Positions 23,226 to 35,008 of a DNA stretch of 64,000 nt are shown here, piece after piece (positions within the stretch are counted from its first letter, which is position 1; the number at the start of each line of letters is the position of its first letter). The position numbers were made by a program, and so were the translations under genes. The notes under the pieces are model-generated. The model had not been told where the DNA came from. It worked only from the letters and a program-made list of their open reading frames with translations, and did not search any database. Source of the stretch: Amoebophrya sp. A120 (taxonomy: Eukaryota > Protista > Dinoflagellata); NCBI GenBank assembly GCA_905178155.1, contig CAJINV010000013.1:2848158-2912157 (forward strand). Direction: 5' to 3'.

Positions 23226-25379
23226 GACTATTGCGAATTGAAATTGCTAAACCATGCAAAACGCCGGAGCGCCGCCTGAAGTGCCACGATGCTAGACATG
23301 AAAACGCAGCACAGCGAAGCGTCAACCCGGCCCGCCCGTACTTTTACCCCGCCCGGGGAGGCGGCGAGGGCTGCTATAGTCCTCTGAACACACGCGCGCC
23401 TGGATCCAGAAAAAACACCAATGTGAAAAAGTTGCTGTGTACTTACTTCGATTTTTCACTTATACTTTTTGTACAGGATCATGATCTTACTCTAACACTT
23501 TTTCCTTGACACAAATACGAAAGTGTGATCTTGTCATGCTGTTTCGAAGAGTAAAACTGTGCAAAAAGTTGCTACGGACGGCTGATAGCTGACGAGAGAC
23601 TTTTGGTGGTCTGTGCTGGCTCTCACAGTGGTGCGCTCGGTGTAAAACCAAAAAACTATAAAGTGACTAGATGGCAGCGCTTGCAAGTGTAAACTTGTGG
23701 CCTTGCGTAACAGTTGATCTCATTTTTCAGTCATCAGTTTGTAATGCTACTTTGTCGCTTTTTCTAAAAACATGCCGACTTTCATCTTTGTGTTATCAAA
23801 TTTTTATTGTCCACGAAATGGCCATGAGACTTCGACTTGGAATAACTGCGGCATTGGAAAATGAAGCTACTGCTTGGACTGTCGCACTGGAAAACGAAAG
23901 TCAGTCTTTCTATTCGAATTTGGTGAGCTTTGTTTTTCTCTTTTTGATCCAGATTCTTGCACATTAAATTTTCTATGCTATGGCCCGGGTTACTTATGTA
24001 AATGCGATTTTGTGTGTGTTGTGTGTTGTACTTGAATTCATGAATGCTGATTGTACAGTGTTACTATTCCATTTCTCATACTGTTTTTATATATAAAAGC
24101 GGGAGTGGCGGGAGGGCTGCTCTACTTACATACAGTATTAGCGCTGAGGGTTCTAATTCTAGTAAATAAATATAACGCGGGAAATGAATCTAAAGTAGTA
24201 CTAGTAGTAATTAACAACAGGGGGATCTACGTAGGAGTTAGTAGTAGTAGTAGTAAAGCAACAAACTGAACTCGGTGAAAGCTGTGCATTAGAAACTTCG
24301 GCGCGGGGAGAGTATTGAGGGGTAGAAGAATACACCGCTCGCAACGACCATAGGGCGCCTGGAGGCAACGATCAGAGAGCAAGGATCAACACCGAAGCAA
24401 CAGGCATAGAGCATTTTACTTTTGTGAAAAAATGCTTTCTATTTCCCAAAAAAAATCCCCGACGATGAAGACATACGAGCGCGGCAATAGTCTTTCTTGA
24501 AGAGCTTGGCTCGACACGAAGAACGACTACACGACTTGAAGAAAAAAAAGGAGTTACTCTTTAACAAACAAGATACCATCCAGCGCTGGCGGTGTCGAAA
24601 ATCGTTAAAGAATAAACCAAAATGATGAAAGACGAAAGCGACAGAGTATCTTCTTTGCTAGAGTCACTGTGGTCTTTTACGACTTCAAAAAAACAGAAAA
24701 GAGCTGCACCGAACTGAGGTAGGCGACACTATACCGGAACTTGAGACTTATTTTTGAAAATTCCATACAAATCTCTTTTAGCCGATATCTCCGAACAATC
24801 GTAGAAAACACTTGCTTCCCGCAAGTTAATACTTCTGCTCCCGCCCTTCTTGGCGTCCTCTTATTGCTTTCACACTATAGAGGTAACAAAAAACAAAATT
24901 CCTGTTTTCTCGTCGAGGCAGCAATTGGCTTCGGTTCAGGGTTCTTCTCGGTGTGAAGTTTTCGTGTGCTTTTCTGTGGTAATTTGTAATGCATTTTGTA
25001 CGTAGTGCGACGAATAGAAATATTGGTCTGACTACGAATTGTTTTTATCCCAATGAGCGAGAACTTTGCTCTTTCTGACGCTAGCGAGCTGCTACATACG
25101 AGAAATCCAAAAAAGTTTTTCTACGAGATGGAGCTGACGTAGCTACGACCCCAAAAACAGAACAGCAGCATCTTTTCCACTTTCACAAATGGATACAGTC
25201 GCTGCGTATCTGTGGATCGGGGAAGTAAAATTTCTGTACACATCCTATCCAAGTAGGTGAGTCGAAAGTTGTAAATTCTGAAGTTGTTTGTGTTAAATCC
25301 AGAAGTAAGCAGTCTAGTATTGTAAAATCTGAAATTCTAATTTGTGGCGGACCTCTGTTGCAATTGAAATTGTAAAAAG

Positions 25380-28300
25380 TCAAAACTGTAAAGCGCTTAC
25401 CGGTTGTTCTATTTTCCACGTACTGCTATTTTGAAGTTGACAGCTGGTTATTTTTCAAGAACTGGAGTCGATTCAAGTAAACTTTTTATCATGAGCTTGC
25501 GAATTTGTGATGCTAGTTCTTGAGGCAAATCCGCATTACAGATTCAATCTCTGCAAGCATTGGAAATGGAATCTGTGATGCGGATTTTCCTCAAGAAGTT
25601 CCTGTTCCTGAGGCAAATCCGCATTACAGATTACATTTCTACAAGCATTGGAAATGGAATCTGTGATGCGGATTTTCCTCAAGAAGTTCTTGAGGCAAAT
25701 CCGCATTACAGATTCCATTCCTAATGCTGAAGCTCTAAAGCTTTTTTTGGAGGCAAGTCCGCAAATGGAATTCCTCAGCATTGCAAAGCGAATCTGTAAT
25801 GCGGATTTGTCTCAAGAAGACTTCTTGAGGGATTTATGTCTAGAAGACTCTCTGAGGCAAATCCGCATTACAGATTCCGTTTCTAGTGCTGAAGTCCTCA
25901 AGTTCTTTCTTGAGNNNNNNNNNNNNNNNNNNNNNNNNNNNNNNNNNNNNNNNNNNNNNNNNNNNNNNNNNNNNNNNNNNNNNNNNNNNNNNNNNNNNNN
26001 NNNNNNNNNNNNNNNNNNNNNNNNNNNNNNNNNNNNNNNNNNNNNNNNNNNNNNNNNNNNNNNNNNNNNNNNNNNNNNNNNNNNNNNNNNNNNNNNNNNN
26101 NNNNNNNNNNNNNNNNNNNNNNNNNNNNNNNNNNNNNNNNNNNNNNNNNNNNNNNNNNNNNNNNNNNNNNNNNNNNNNNNNNNNNNNNNNNNNNNNNNNN
26201 NNNNNNNNNNNNNNNNNNNNNNNNNNNNNNNNNNNNNNNNNNNNNNNNNNNNNNNNNNNNNNNNNNNNNNNNNNNNNNNNNNNNNNNNNNNNNNNNNNNN
26301 NNNNNNNNNNNNNNNNNNNNNNNNNNNNNNNNNNNNNNNNNNNNNNNNNNNNNNNNNNNNNNNNNNNNNNNNNNNNNNNNNNNNNNNNNNNNNNNNNNNN
26401 NNNNNNNNNNNNNNNNNNNNNNNNNNNNNNNNNNNNNNNNNNNNNNNNNNNNNNNNNNNNNNNNNNNNNNNNNNNNNNNNNNNNNNNNNNNNNNNNNNNN
26501 NNNNNNNNNNNNNNNNNNNNNNNNNNNNNNNNNNNNNNNNNNNNNNNNNNNNNNNNNNNNNNNNNNNNNNNNNNNNNNNNNNNNNNNNNNNNNNNNNNNN
26601 NNNNNNNNNNNNNNATGCGGGCTCGGGGGCGCTGGGCACTTTCATAGGGGAGCTGCCAATCGTACACCAAAACCTTCCGGCCGTCCGTTGCCCCGGTAAA
26701 GGTGTGCCGCTTATCGTTCTCGCTGTAGCTTAGTTTTGCAACTCCCGTGTTGGTGGTCGCCGCAAACCCTATCCTGCGCAAAAATATCGCACCCGTAGTA
26801 ATTGCAATCATGCATTACAAATTTCCTTGATGTAGTAAATTAGAACTAGTGTAGTAACGAGCGATAGTTTTTAGAAGAAACAGCTAGCATCGTATGTAAA
26901 ATTGCAACTCGAACTTTCAAAAATGACCTATTTCCACGAGCAATGCAGTTTGTTTATTAACCCCGTCGATTGTGTAGCAACATCGCGCGAGAGGTTTTTT
27001 TTATAAACAAGGTAAATCCGCATTACAAATCTTATGTCTCACGCAGAGGAAATTTGTAATGCATTTAGTATACGAGTGCGATGCTTTTGCATTGCATACA
27101 CCCGCAGTGGCGGCAAATGCACCCCTTCCCCGCCAGGGGCGAGGAAGGGCGCACAAAGCCACGCATGGAGCTGTCAGGTTTGAAATCGTCAAAGTTGAAG
27201 TAGTTTGCTATGCATAAAATGCCTGTCTTGCTGAGTAGGCAAGGGAGGCAGATTGTGAGCCTGTTTCGGGGTAGAAAAAGAGCTGCTCAAGCAGCATGAC
27301 AACAGGCGTCCTCCTTGCCCTAAGAGAGTTACAAACTGCATTCTGACTCTAAATACTCAGCTTTGTCATGCGCCGCGTAGACATTGGGCTTGCAACTGGC
27401 ATCGATTTTATGCATTACAAGTTATCTCTACTTCAACTCTGCTGATTTCAACTCTGACACATCCATACCATGGCCCGCGAGAATCGTCCACAGGGACTGC
27501 AACTCGCCCGGGGAGGCGGGTCTTTTCAGCGGTTTTGCCCGGGATGACTTTTTGGCCGTTCTTATCCTGTGTAAAAACGTCCCCACCCCAGAGTTGTCAT
27601 GCAAATGTGCAATGACAAGAACATTTGTAATGCGGATGAGCATGAGAGGCATTTCCAATCTTGTTTTGGACTTTGTAATGCTGTGAACAGGATGAGAGGC
27701 TTGTTTTCTCATGCGGCTGTCCTTGCTAAACAGCACGACAATACAGATGGAAACTTGTCATGCAAAACTCCCAAAACTTGGAAATTTGTGTTCCAGATTT
27801 ACTAACTTGACTATGGGGTGGGGACGTTTTTACACAGGATAGTTCTGATGATTGACATCGAGCTCGCGGCGAGCATATCAAAGGTAAAAGGGTCTGGGTC
27901 TGGAAAAACATGCTGGCTTTCATGGCGCAGAAGGTGTGGCATGGAAGCTCTAGCGTCACAGGTCTCGACAAGCTTCCGCACTGCCGAATCCGCATGACAA
28001 ATTCCTCATTTTGGTGACAGAAAGTGTGCAGCTTTTGCGACCTATGCATGAGAGATTTTTCTGTATTCTGAAATGCGCATCACAAGTTTGGCGCTTCCAG
28101 ACCCAGACACTTTTGCACCTGATACCGTCCGTCGTCAGACGAGGTGCTGAAATCGTCGCAACTCAGCGGGCATCCTGTGCAAAAGTATCGCACTCATAGT
28201 GATTGCAGTTGTCACGCGTTACAAATATAAGTTTTTATTTTCTGAAGGCAAACCCGCATCACAAATTCCGCTACCAATGCTGCGGACCTTTGATGTGATG

Positions 28301-28763
28301 CAGATGCAAAAGCAATTCGTACTAGTTTGATTCTTTTGCAATAGATAACGGCTCTGCCTGCCATCCTTTGGACAAAACCCCCCACCCCACAGCCAAGACT
28401 GCACCTCTATCACAACTGCAAAGAAATTCTGGCCCTTGCGCATGACAAATTGCTGCCCTGCTCCTCGTTGCGAAAGTTACAAACAGCATCAAAAAAGCCT
28501 ATACGCGGGCGGCAGGCCAAATAGTTTGGCCCGGGCATGCAAATACGCACGGCAGGAATGGGGCGGGGTGTTTTTGCAAAGGATACCGCCGCCGCCGCGT
28601 GTTCCTGTTTCATGCGCGACGTCAAAGACGGCGGGGGCGAGGCTGGGGCGAAGCTGGGGCGGAGCTGGCGGGCCGGGCGGCGCGTCGGCTCCACCGGCGT
28701 GCTCCCGCTCCTCCCGACGGCCGTGCTGACAATCGCCGCGGGGCTGCTGCCGCTCCTTTTCAT
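25380..28763 (-). CDS. Multi-exon hypothetical protein, WD40/beta-propeller-like C-terminal part; spans an N gap
   Basis: ATG 28763; exons 'FTGATDGRKVLVYDW' and terminal 'STWKIEQPVSALQF*'; interrupted by at least 5 introners; frame not fully resolved. Confidence 0.45.
25517..25914. repeat. Tandem array of ~80-bp palindromic units (TTGAGGCAAATCCGCATTACAGATT..AATCTGTGATGCGGATTTTCCTCAA)
   Basis: Three to four hairpin units visible before the N gap. Confidence 0.85.
25915..26614. other. Assembly gap
   Basis: Run of N. Confidence 1.
26770..27098. mobile_element. Introner, family 6
   Basis: TSD AACCC/CACCC; TIRs similar to 14261-14417; frame restored. Confidence 0.8.
27563..27841. mobile_element. 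Introner, family 4
   Basis: TIR TATCCTGTGTAAAAACGTCCCCACCCCA; TSD GTTCT/GTTCT. Confidence 0.92.
27876..28124. mobile_element. Introner, family 1 (inverted near-copy of 12009-12260)
   Basis: Clear TIRs; flanks GAGCA/CCGTC do not form a TSD. Confidence 0.8.
28171..28347. mobile_element. Degenerate introner, family 6
   Basis: Ends CAT...ATA; TSD GCGGG/ACGGC. Confidence 0.65.
28362..28585. mobile_element. Introner (TIR TATCCTTTGCAAAAACACCCC)
   Basis: Ends CAT...ATA; TSD CCTGC/CCGCC. Confidence 0.75.
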
Positions 28764-29760
28764 GATTGCCAGCGAAGTAGTGGTAAAGTCTGAGTAGAAA
28801 GGAAAGTCCTAAAGTCGGAGTAGAAAGCAAAATCCTAAATGGAAGCTTGAGTAGAGCACTGTAGCCGGGCGGGCTGAGAACTGAATGTATATAAGGACAA
28901 GGAATAGCAACAGTAGCAGTAGAGATTCCAAGCAAGATAGAGATACACACCACGAGAAAACGACACCGAATTCACAAAAAAAAGGAAAAAAAAACATGGA
29001 CTTCGCGATTGTAAAGCTACCAACCAAAAGAAACAGGAGCAACCGACTCAGACCCTGAGTACAATTAAAAAGTCATGATTTGCCGTGCGTAAAATAAAAA
29101 ATTCGCAAACTTCTGCTCATCTCATACTCATGCATACGTAGTGCATGAAGTCGAAACTAAATAAGGTGCCTGCTCATACGCCCAAACGAAAAAACAACTC
29201 ACCGACTTGCCATGCGCAAAGCACAGTTGCAGCTTCAATGTAATTGAAATAATCTTACGGGGGTTTGTCTATACCGAAAGTAACTCACACCGCATGTCCT
29301 TCTTCAGTGTTCCCAACTTTAAACATTTCTTCTCCCCGCCCGCCCAGAAACAGCAAGACTTTGCTTCACTTTTCTGGCACCTGCATGCATCGGCTCAGCC
29401 GTCCGGAGAAGCTCTGAGCCGTTAGCTGCGGGCTGCGATTGTCACAATTAACAACCACAACGACGCACCCAGGGGCCGCCCGCGTGGAGGACACGCATGC
29501 AGGAATTTTTGGCCCCCTAGATGCCACCTGGCGGTGGCATCCGCCATCCCAAAAACTGCACCGAGCAGTTACAAATACGCCACAAGGGCGCCGCACAAAG
29601 AGCACGGCGGTGGCACTATGGGCAGTTCCATGGCGCTTGCAAAACGCTAGAGTCCCACCGTGATTGACAAACATAATACATCTTTTGTTTTTTTCTCCTT
29701 TAGAATGAATCGAGCCCCGCAGACCCCCGCAGACCCCCGGGGACCCCCGCCCCCCGCAGC

Positions 29761-30956
29761 TTATAAAAATAACTGCCAACCATTGCCCCCATCCGAGGAC
29801 CTGATGTCCACAAAGGGGCAAGTACGACCGACGCAAACCGGACGTGGTGTGGGATTCGTGCCGACCACCACCACGGCCGGCGCGGTGGTAGTCGACGTCG
29901 GTGTGGTAGTTGGCCTCGGGGTGGTCGTCGGCGTCGGGGTGGTAGTCGGCGTCGCAGTCGTAGTAGTCAGGGGCAGGACGCCGTCGTGAACATCCAGGGC
30001 AATACTGGAGCGCTTTGGATAACACTGCAGGTTCTTCACGCTCGAGGGCAATCCTGGCAGACATCAAACAGAAACCTGCGCGACCAGTGCTGTATTTGGA
30101 CAGCATACACGACGCGTCACATAATTCAGATCACGCACATTTCCGATTTCTGAAACAAAGGGAATGATGACCATTTAGCAACAAATCCATTCGACTAGTG
30201 TAAGCCAGACGAGAAAGATATATACTGCTGACATCGGAAATACAAATATACAACGACACCGAGAGATACGCTCATGACAAATCCGGCATGGGCGCGCTTT
30301 TCTTTTTCATAGTATACTGCCTATTAGGCCGTCCGGATACATGTTATTTGCGTCGTCCGGAGAGCTATTCTTGGGAAAAATAGAAGTGCCCCCACCTCGT
30401 GTCGGGTTTGTGCTGTTTCTCGAAGATTTGGCTTTTCGTAAACAAGTAACGTCGACGTGGAGAAAACAAGGCGACACGACTACAGCGACAGTTCTTTTTT
30501 CTCAGCGTGCTGAAAGAGTTAAAGTAATCGCTCGACTGCTCGTCCAACTTGTGCACGCAAAACCAAAAGCAAATCCAAACTAGGCGCCAACGAGTACACA
30601 TTACTTCGGGTATTTCCGTCAGGGCGGGGGTACTTCATTCCAATATGATATCGGCGCGCCGCCATTCCCTGCACTCCTCCGTACCACCAGATAAGACAGT
30701 CGTTTTTTGGGGAATCCGGATAGATAACACTATTATCAGTATAATTGAACGTTCCCGCTTGAAACGCACCGCAGCGTGAGTCTTCATTGCAGTTGCGCTC
30801 ACACTGGTAGAAACTGAATTGGGCGCTGAAATAAGAAAACACATTGAAGTCTGCACACGACGCACCACCGCACGTGCATATGCCGCGACCTTGGTACGAA
30901 TAAATGCTGGTCTGGTATCCTGCACAAAAGCACACCCCCGGCATACTCGACAACAT
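29761..30956 (-). CDS. Probable surface protein fragments: Cys-rich PAN/apple-like module plus Thr/Pro mucin-like repeat; exon structure unresolved
   Basis: 'CERNCNEDSRCGAF' and 'TPTTTPTPTTTPRPTTTPT' in separate minus-strand ORFs. Confidence 0.35.
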
Positions 30957-32756
30957 TCCTCATGATTTTGACACTACCGCCATTCGATGAAACCCGTCGC
31001 CTTTTCTCTAGTGCAGGACTACGGTTGAACCTTAGCCCTGCACAACTAGAGTAAAAACGACAGAGGCGCACTTCCGATTTGCCCACGCGAGGATGACTGA
31101 CTGTATGTGCAGCGCTGGCGGTCATTTTGCAGATCACTATTTCACGAGAAACGAAGACCCCGCGTGACCGATCGAGCGGCAAAATTGTGGCTAGACAACC
31201 AGGCCCTCTGGGGGCCCCCTTCTGTCGCAGGGAAAAATGGCCGAAGGGTCGCTCGTGCTGACCCCCGCGAAGAGCACAAATAATTAGCATGACCATATAA
31301 TGGCATGCATACAACTAACCTGCACCGTAGCTGACACATCAACATCATCAGAACACCACACAGTACTTACAATCCGTCCAACAAGCTTCGAGGAAAACGC
31401 ATCACATGCTACCGAGAAGTAGGTGTGCTTCCGTTTTGCATACATCGTGACTTCCACGGACGAGCCACACGCTTTCTAGTGTGAGGGCCGCGCATCCCAG
31501 CGAAAGCGCCGCCGATGACCGCCCACCGCGCGGGCACCGCAGCCGAATTTGTGGAGTAGTGGCCTGCTGCATCTCCATCAGTCTCAGTTGCAGCCGTGGC
31601 GATTTATCGCGATTATTCAACGCTACCAACGATTTTAGCGTGTTCCCGTCGAAAAAGGACTTACGTCACTGCTTGGAGGATGAAGCAGGCAAGACAAAAC
31701 TCAAATAGAAATTAAGGGTATCACTGAAAAAGAAAAGAGTAATCAGATTTGTCCTCAGCTCCCTGCAACTGATTCTCTTGCTTAATTTTTTCAAATCGTT
31801 TTACGAATGGAGCCAAGACAGCCTCCTCCTGGCTGGGACATCATCCACGTAACACAAAAAATCACTTCGCATTAGCACTTCTTAGCAATAGTGGCACAAG
31901 GTCGCTAAGATATCTACATTCATAAGTGGGTCGCTGCACCGGAATGAGGAGCCTGTAGTTTATTTGTAAAACGCATTCTCCTATCCTCAACAAAACATAA
32001 CAGCCAAAACGGCTTCCACGACTTCTGAGTTCTCACATAACAAATGAAACTTTGGCGCAGCTGCGTATCTACGTAGTGCGCAGCAAGGAACAAGCCAACA
32101 ATATCAGTATGCCAGGAGATGATCCATACTATTGGAACCGACCACAACAGAGCTAACAAAGCCAATTTTGTGTGGCCGCCTCTCCGTCATCAAACCGAAT
32201 TATTTCTATATGATGTCACAGCATCATCATGATTATCAACCGAGACATAAACTACACGATGCAAACTTTTGAATGCAATCCAACCGATCAGAGCCGAGCG
32301 ATAAACTTCAGCATACTGCACTACCCTAGCTTGTCGCGACCGATATTCCTCCGACCGCAACCACGTAACAACCGACAATTACTATATTTTATTAGTGCGC
32401 TGGGTGTTCCGAAGAAAGAGAAACAGCGCACACGTTCTTTCGCATCTCAAACTTGCAGTTCACTGAGCAGGCTTCTCTATATCAGGGTCTTGCTTCCTTC
32501 GAAGTCTTACCGAAGTTACTTCATCACGATCACCCAGACAGTGGCGGTAACACTCGACCTAATCGCGCCAAATTGGCATTTCACCACATAGAATGCAAGC
32601 AACTCTAGTAGGCACGCACGAGCCATAATTGCAGCATTGATTTCCTCTTTTTCTATGAAGTGTTTGGGTTATGTTTGAGTTTGACCCTTACATTGTAATA
32701 CGAAAACGAATGCCATCCCGCGTTCGGGATTTTTGCCATGAAAATATCATGCAGCT

Positions 32757-34564
32757 TTACTTGCCTGCGCGCTTTTCCTCTGCGTCAACGAGCTTCCGCA
32801 ACTCCCGGCGGGTGGCCTATCGAGTGCAAATCTGTCTGGGACTGCAAGAATGCAAGTATTTGTCCTGCATCTCGCCGTGGACCACACCCATGGTCTGGAA
32901 TGCACACAAGAGCATCACAGATTTTGCGAGACCTTCTTGATGCCCTTCCCGCGCGAGAACTCCGGCTGTTGCCTAACAAGAAGTGGACGCCAGCTTTTGG
33001 GGTTCATGCAACACAGATTTTTTTGTGGTCGAGACTTCGCATAAGAACAGTCTGCATCCTTCCAGAGGACCCAGACATATTTGCAATGCACATGACCAGT
33101 GTGAGAACAATACTCGTGACAGCCAGTGCGATGAGGCCGCCCCAGGTTCGCCACGTGTCCGAGTCATCCTCCGAGGTGCCGGAGATTAAGTCCGCGAGCG
33201 TATGCAGTGGAATAATCTGCTTGAGGCCGCCGTTGCGTCAAGGTCGAGGACGCGAAAAAAGACACGCCGGCTCTGCATGCATGAGCATTCATTTTGCAGG
33301 TCGCCGCAGCTGTGAAGCGGGGAAAATACACGCACAATTGCCACAAGGTAAATCATTCCGCAGGGATAGAGAGAGTCCAAACTGCATCCGAGCCAGGAGT
33401 ACACCACAATCCAGGGGACGTGACCCACGTACCCCAGAACAAAGCCGCATCATAGGCAAAATTGTCAAAGACCAGACCCAAACCTGCATGGCAATTTTCG
33501 CCCAGGAGAGTAGCGACCTATGCAGTGCATGGCCAACCTTGTTCCTACCAAGGCAGCTGGCCATGCACGCTTTGAGCGCTGTGCCGAGCGACGTGGTCAA
33601 CCCTGGACTTTTTCGTCTGGAAGCTAATTAATACTCACAACACCACGCTGCTGCACTACTCACAACACCACGCTGCATGGCCATTCATCAATTTTGCACC
33701 AGACGATAGGCTGCGCAGCGGGAAACCGGACGGAAGGCGTCTCGCGGGCGGCAACGTACTTTCTCTACTCGGTCCTCCGGAATCGGGTTCTACTTGGCGA
33801 CGGGGCTCTTCTCCCTGCTTATCCGCTCGATGTTCCTCGTCGGCAGCTGCGGGGGCCGGCTCCATGTGCACCATCGCGAGCCCGTAATTTATCATCAGGT
33901 GCGGCAGCGACGTCCGCATGAGGGCGGTGAGAAAGATTCCGTTGTCTTGCAGGCCGCGCTGCAGCGCCTTGAAGTAAAAGCCTTTCCTCTTCGTGCGAGA
34001 AGTTGTAGGAGTGCCCCCGAGCGAAGCAGGGGATGGCGGGGTCGTGGTCCTCTCATCATCTCTGGAGCCAGCGTTCCTTGTGCTCGTCGTGCCCTCGTGC
34101 GCCAGGGGCAACTCACCGCTTGGCAAATAACAAGCATCAAGCTTGTTTTCCTCTTCCTCACACGAAGATTCGGCGATCTTCAGTGCGTAATCGCGGAAGA
34201 CCGTCCGCGCAAGCTGGTAGGCCAGCAACCCGCCCACCACCAGGCCAATGGCCGCGACCACGCAGGCGAGTAGGAAGGCCGCCCCGAAACTCAGCCCCGT
34301 TTGGCGTTCGCGCGCGAGCAGCATCGCGGTCCCGGTGTTCAAAATGACGTTGGGTAGTCCCAGACTCACGGCGCAGATGTAAGTCAGTTGTAGAGCGACG
34401 AGAAGCACCCCGACCGACAGCTCCTGAAATCCCTCCGCCACCGTCTGCGCCCACCGGGGCAAGTGGCCCGTCGACAGCGTCACGAACCCAAACGCTAACA
34501 TCGCAACCAGGTAAAACAACAAAAGCTTCTGCCGGCGCGTGCTGGCGTGAAGTACGGCGAGCAT
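32757..34564 (-). CDS. VTT-domain (SNARE-associated Golgi/Tvp38/TMEM64, DedA superfamily) membrane protein
   Basis: 'LGLPNVILNTGTAM', 'GGLLAYQLARTVFRD', 'ALMRTSLPHLMINYGLA'; last exons 'LADLISG...LTLVTRRELRKLVD...K*'; middle introns unresolved. Confidence 0.7.
32818..33092. mobile_element. Introner, family 1
   Basis: Ends TAT...ACA; TSD TGGCC/TGACC; frame restored. Confidence 0.85.
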
Positions 34565-35008
34565 GGGGATGGGCCGACCGATGTCGCATCTACTCCCACC
34601 GATGGCGCACAGGAGACCGACGTTGCTGCTTAAGCACGCATTGGCATTGGTGGCCCACCTGTTTTCATAAAAAACAGATAGAAATTGTAGAGATGCACTA
34701 GTACACCACCACTGTAGTGATCAACTCAACTCCTATGACAATGACGACAGACCGCCACCGGCACGCACGAAAGAAAGCGACATTAATGTTGACATCTGCA
34801 GTAGAAGCACCGAGAAAGGCACTGTCTTCCGCAAAGCGAAGTTTCCGACTCGTTATCACACGAAGAACATTTTTTCCAGACAAGTGGTCGACCGGAATAA
34901 TTCTGCTAATATTTCGTCTTGTTCAACATCAAGTTCGGATCGCAGCTTCGGCTGATAAGTTGGCACGATCGCTATTCCACTAAGTACTTAGGGTCGCAGT
35001 GTTCACGC

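Noticed and set aside
25517-25914. CRISPR-like palindromic repeat-spacer pattern
   Set aside because: Spacers are related to each other, there are no cas genes, and the context is a eukaryotic intron.
25648-26811. Long ORFs across the N run
   Set aside because: Artefacts of translating N and the palindromic repeat.
33201-33575. Possible further introner in the VTT gene starting TATGCAGTGG
   Set aside because: No convincing ATA right end or TSD; boundaries unresolved.
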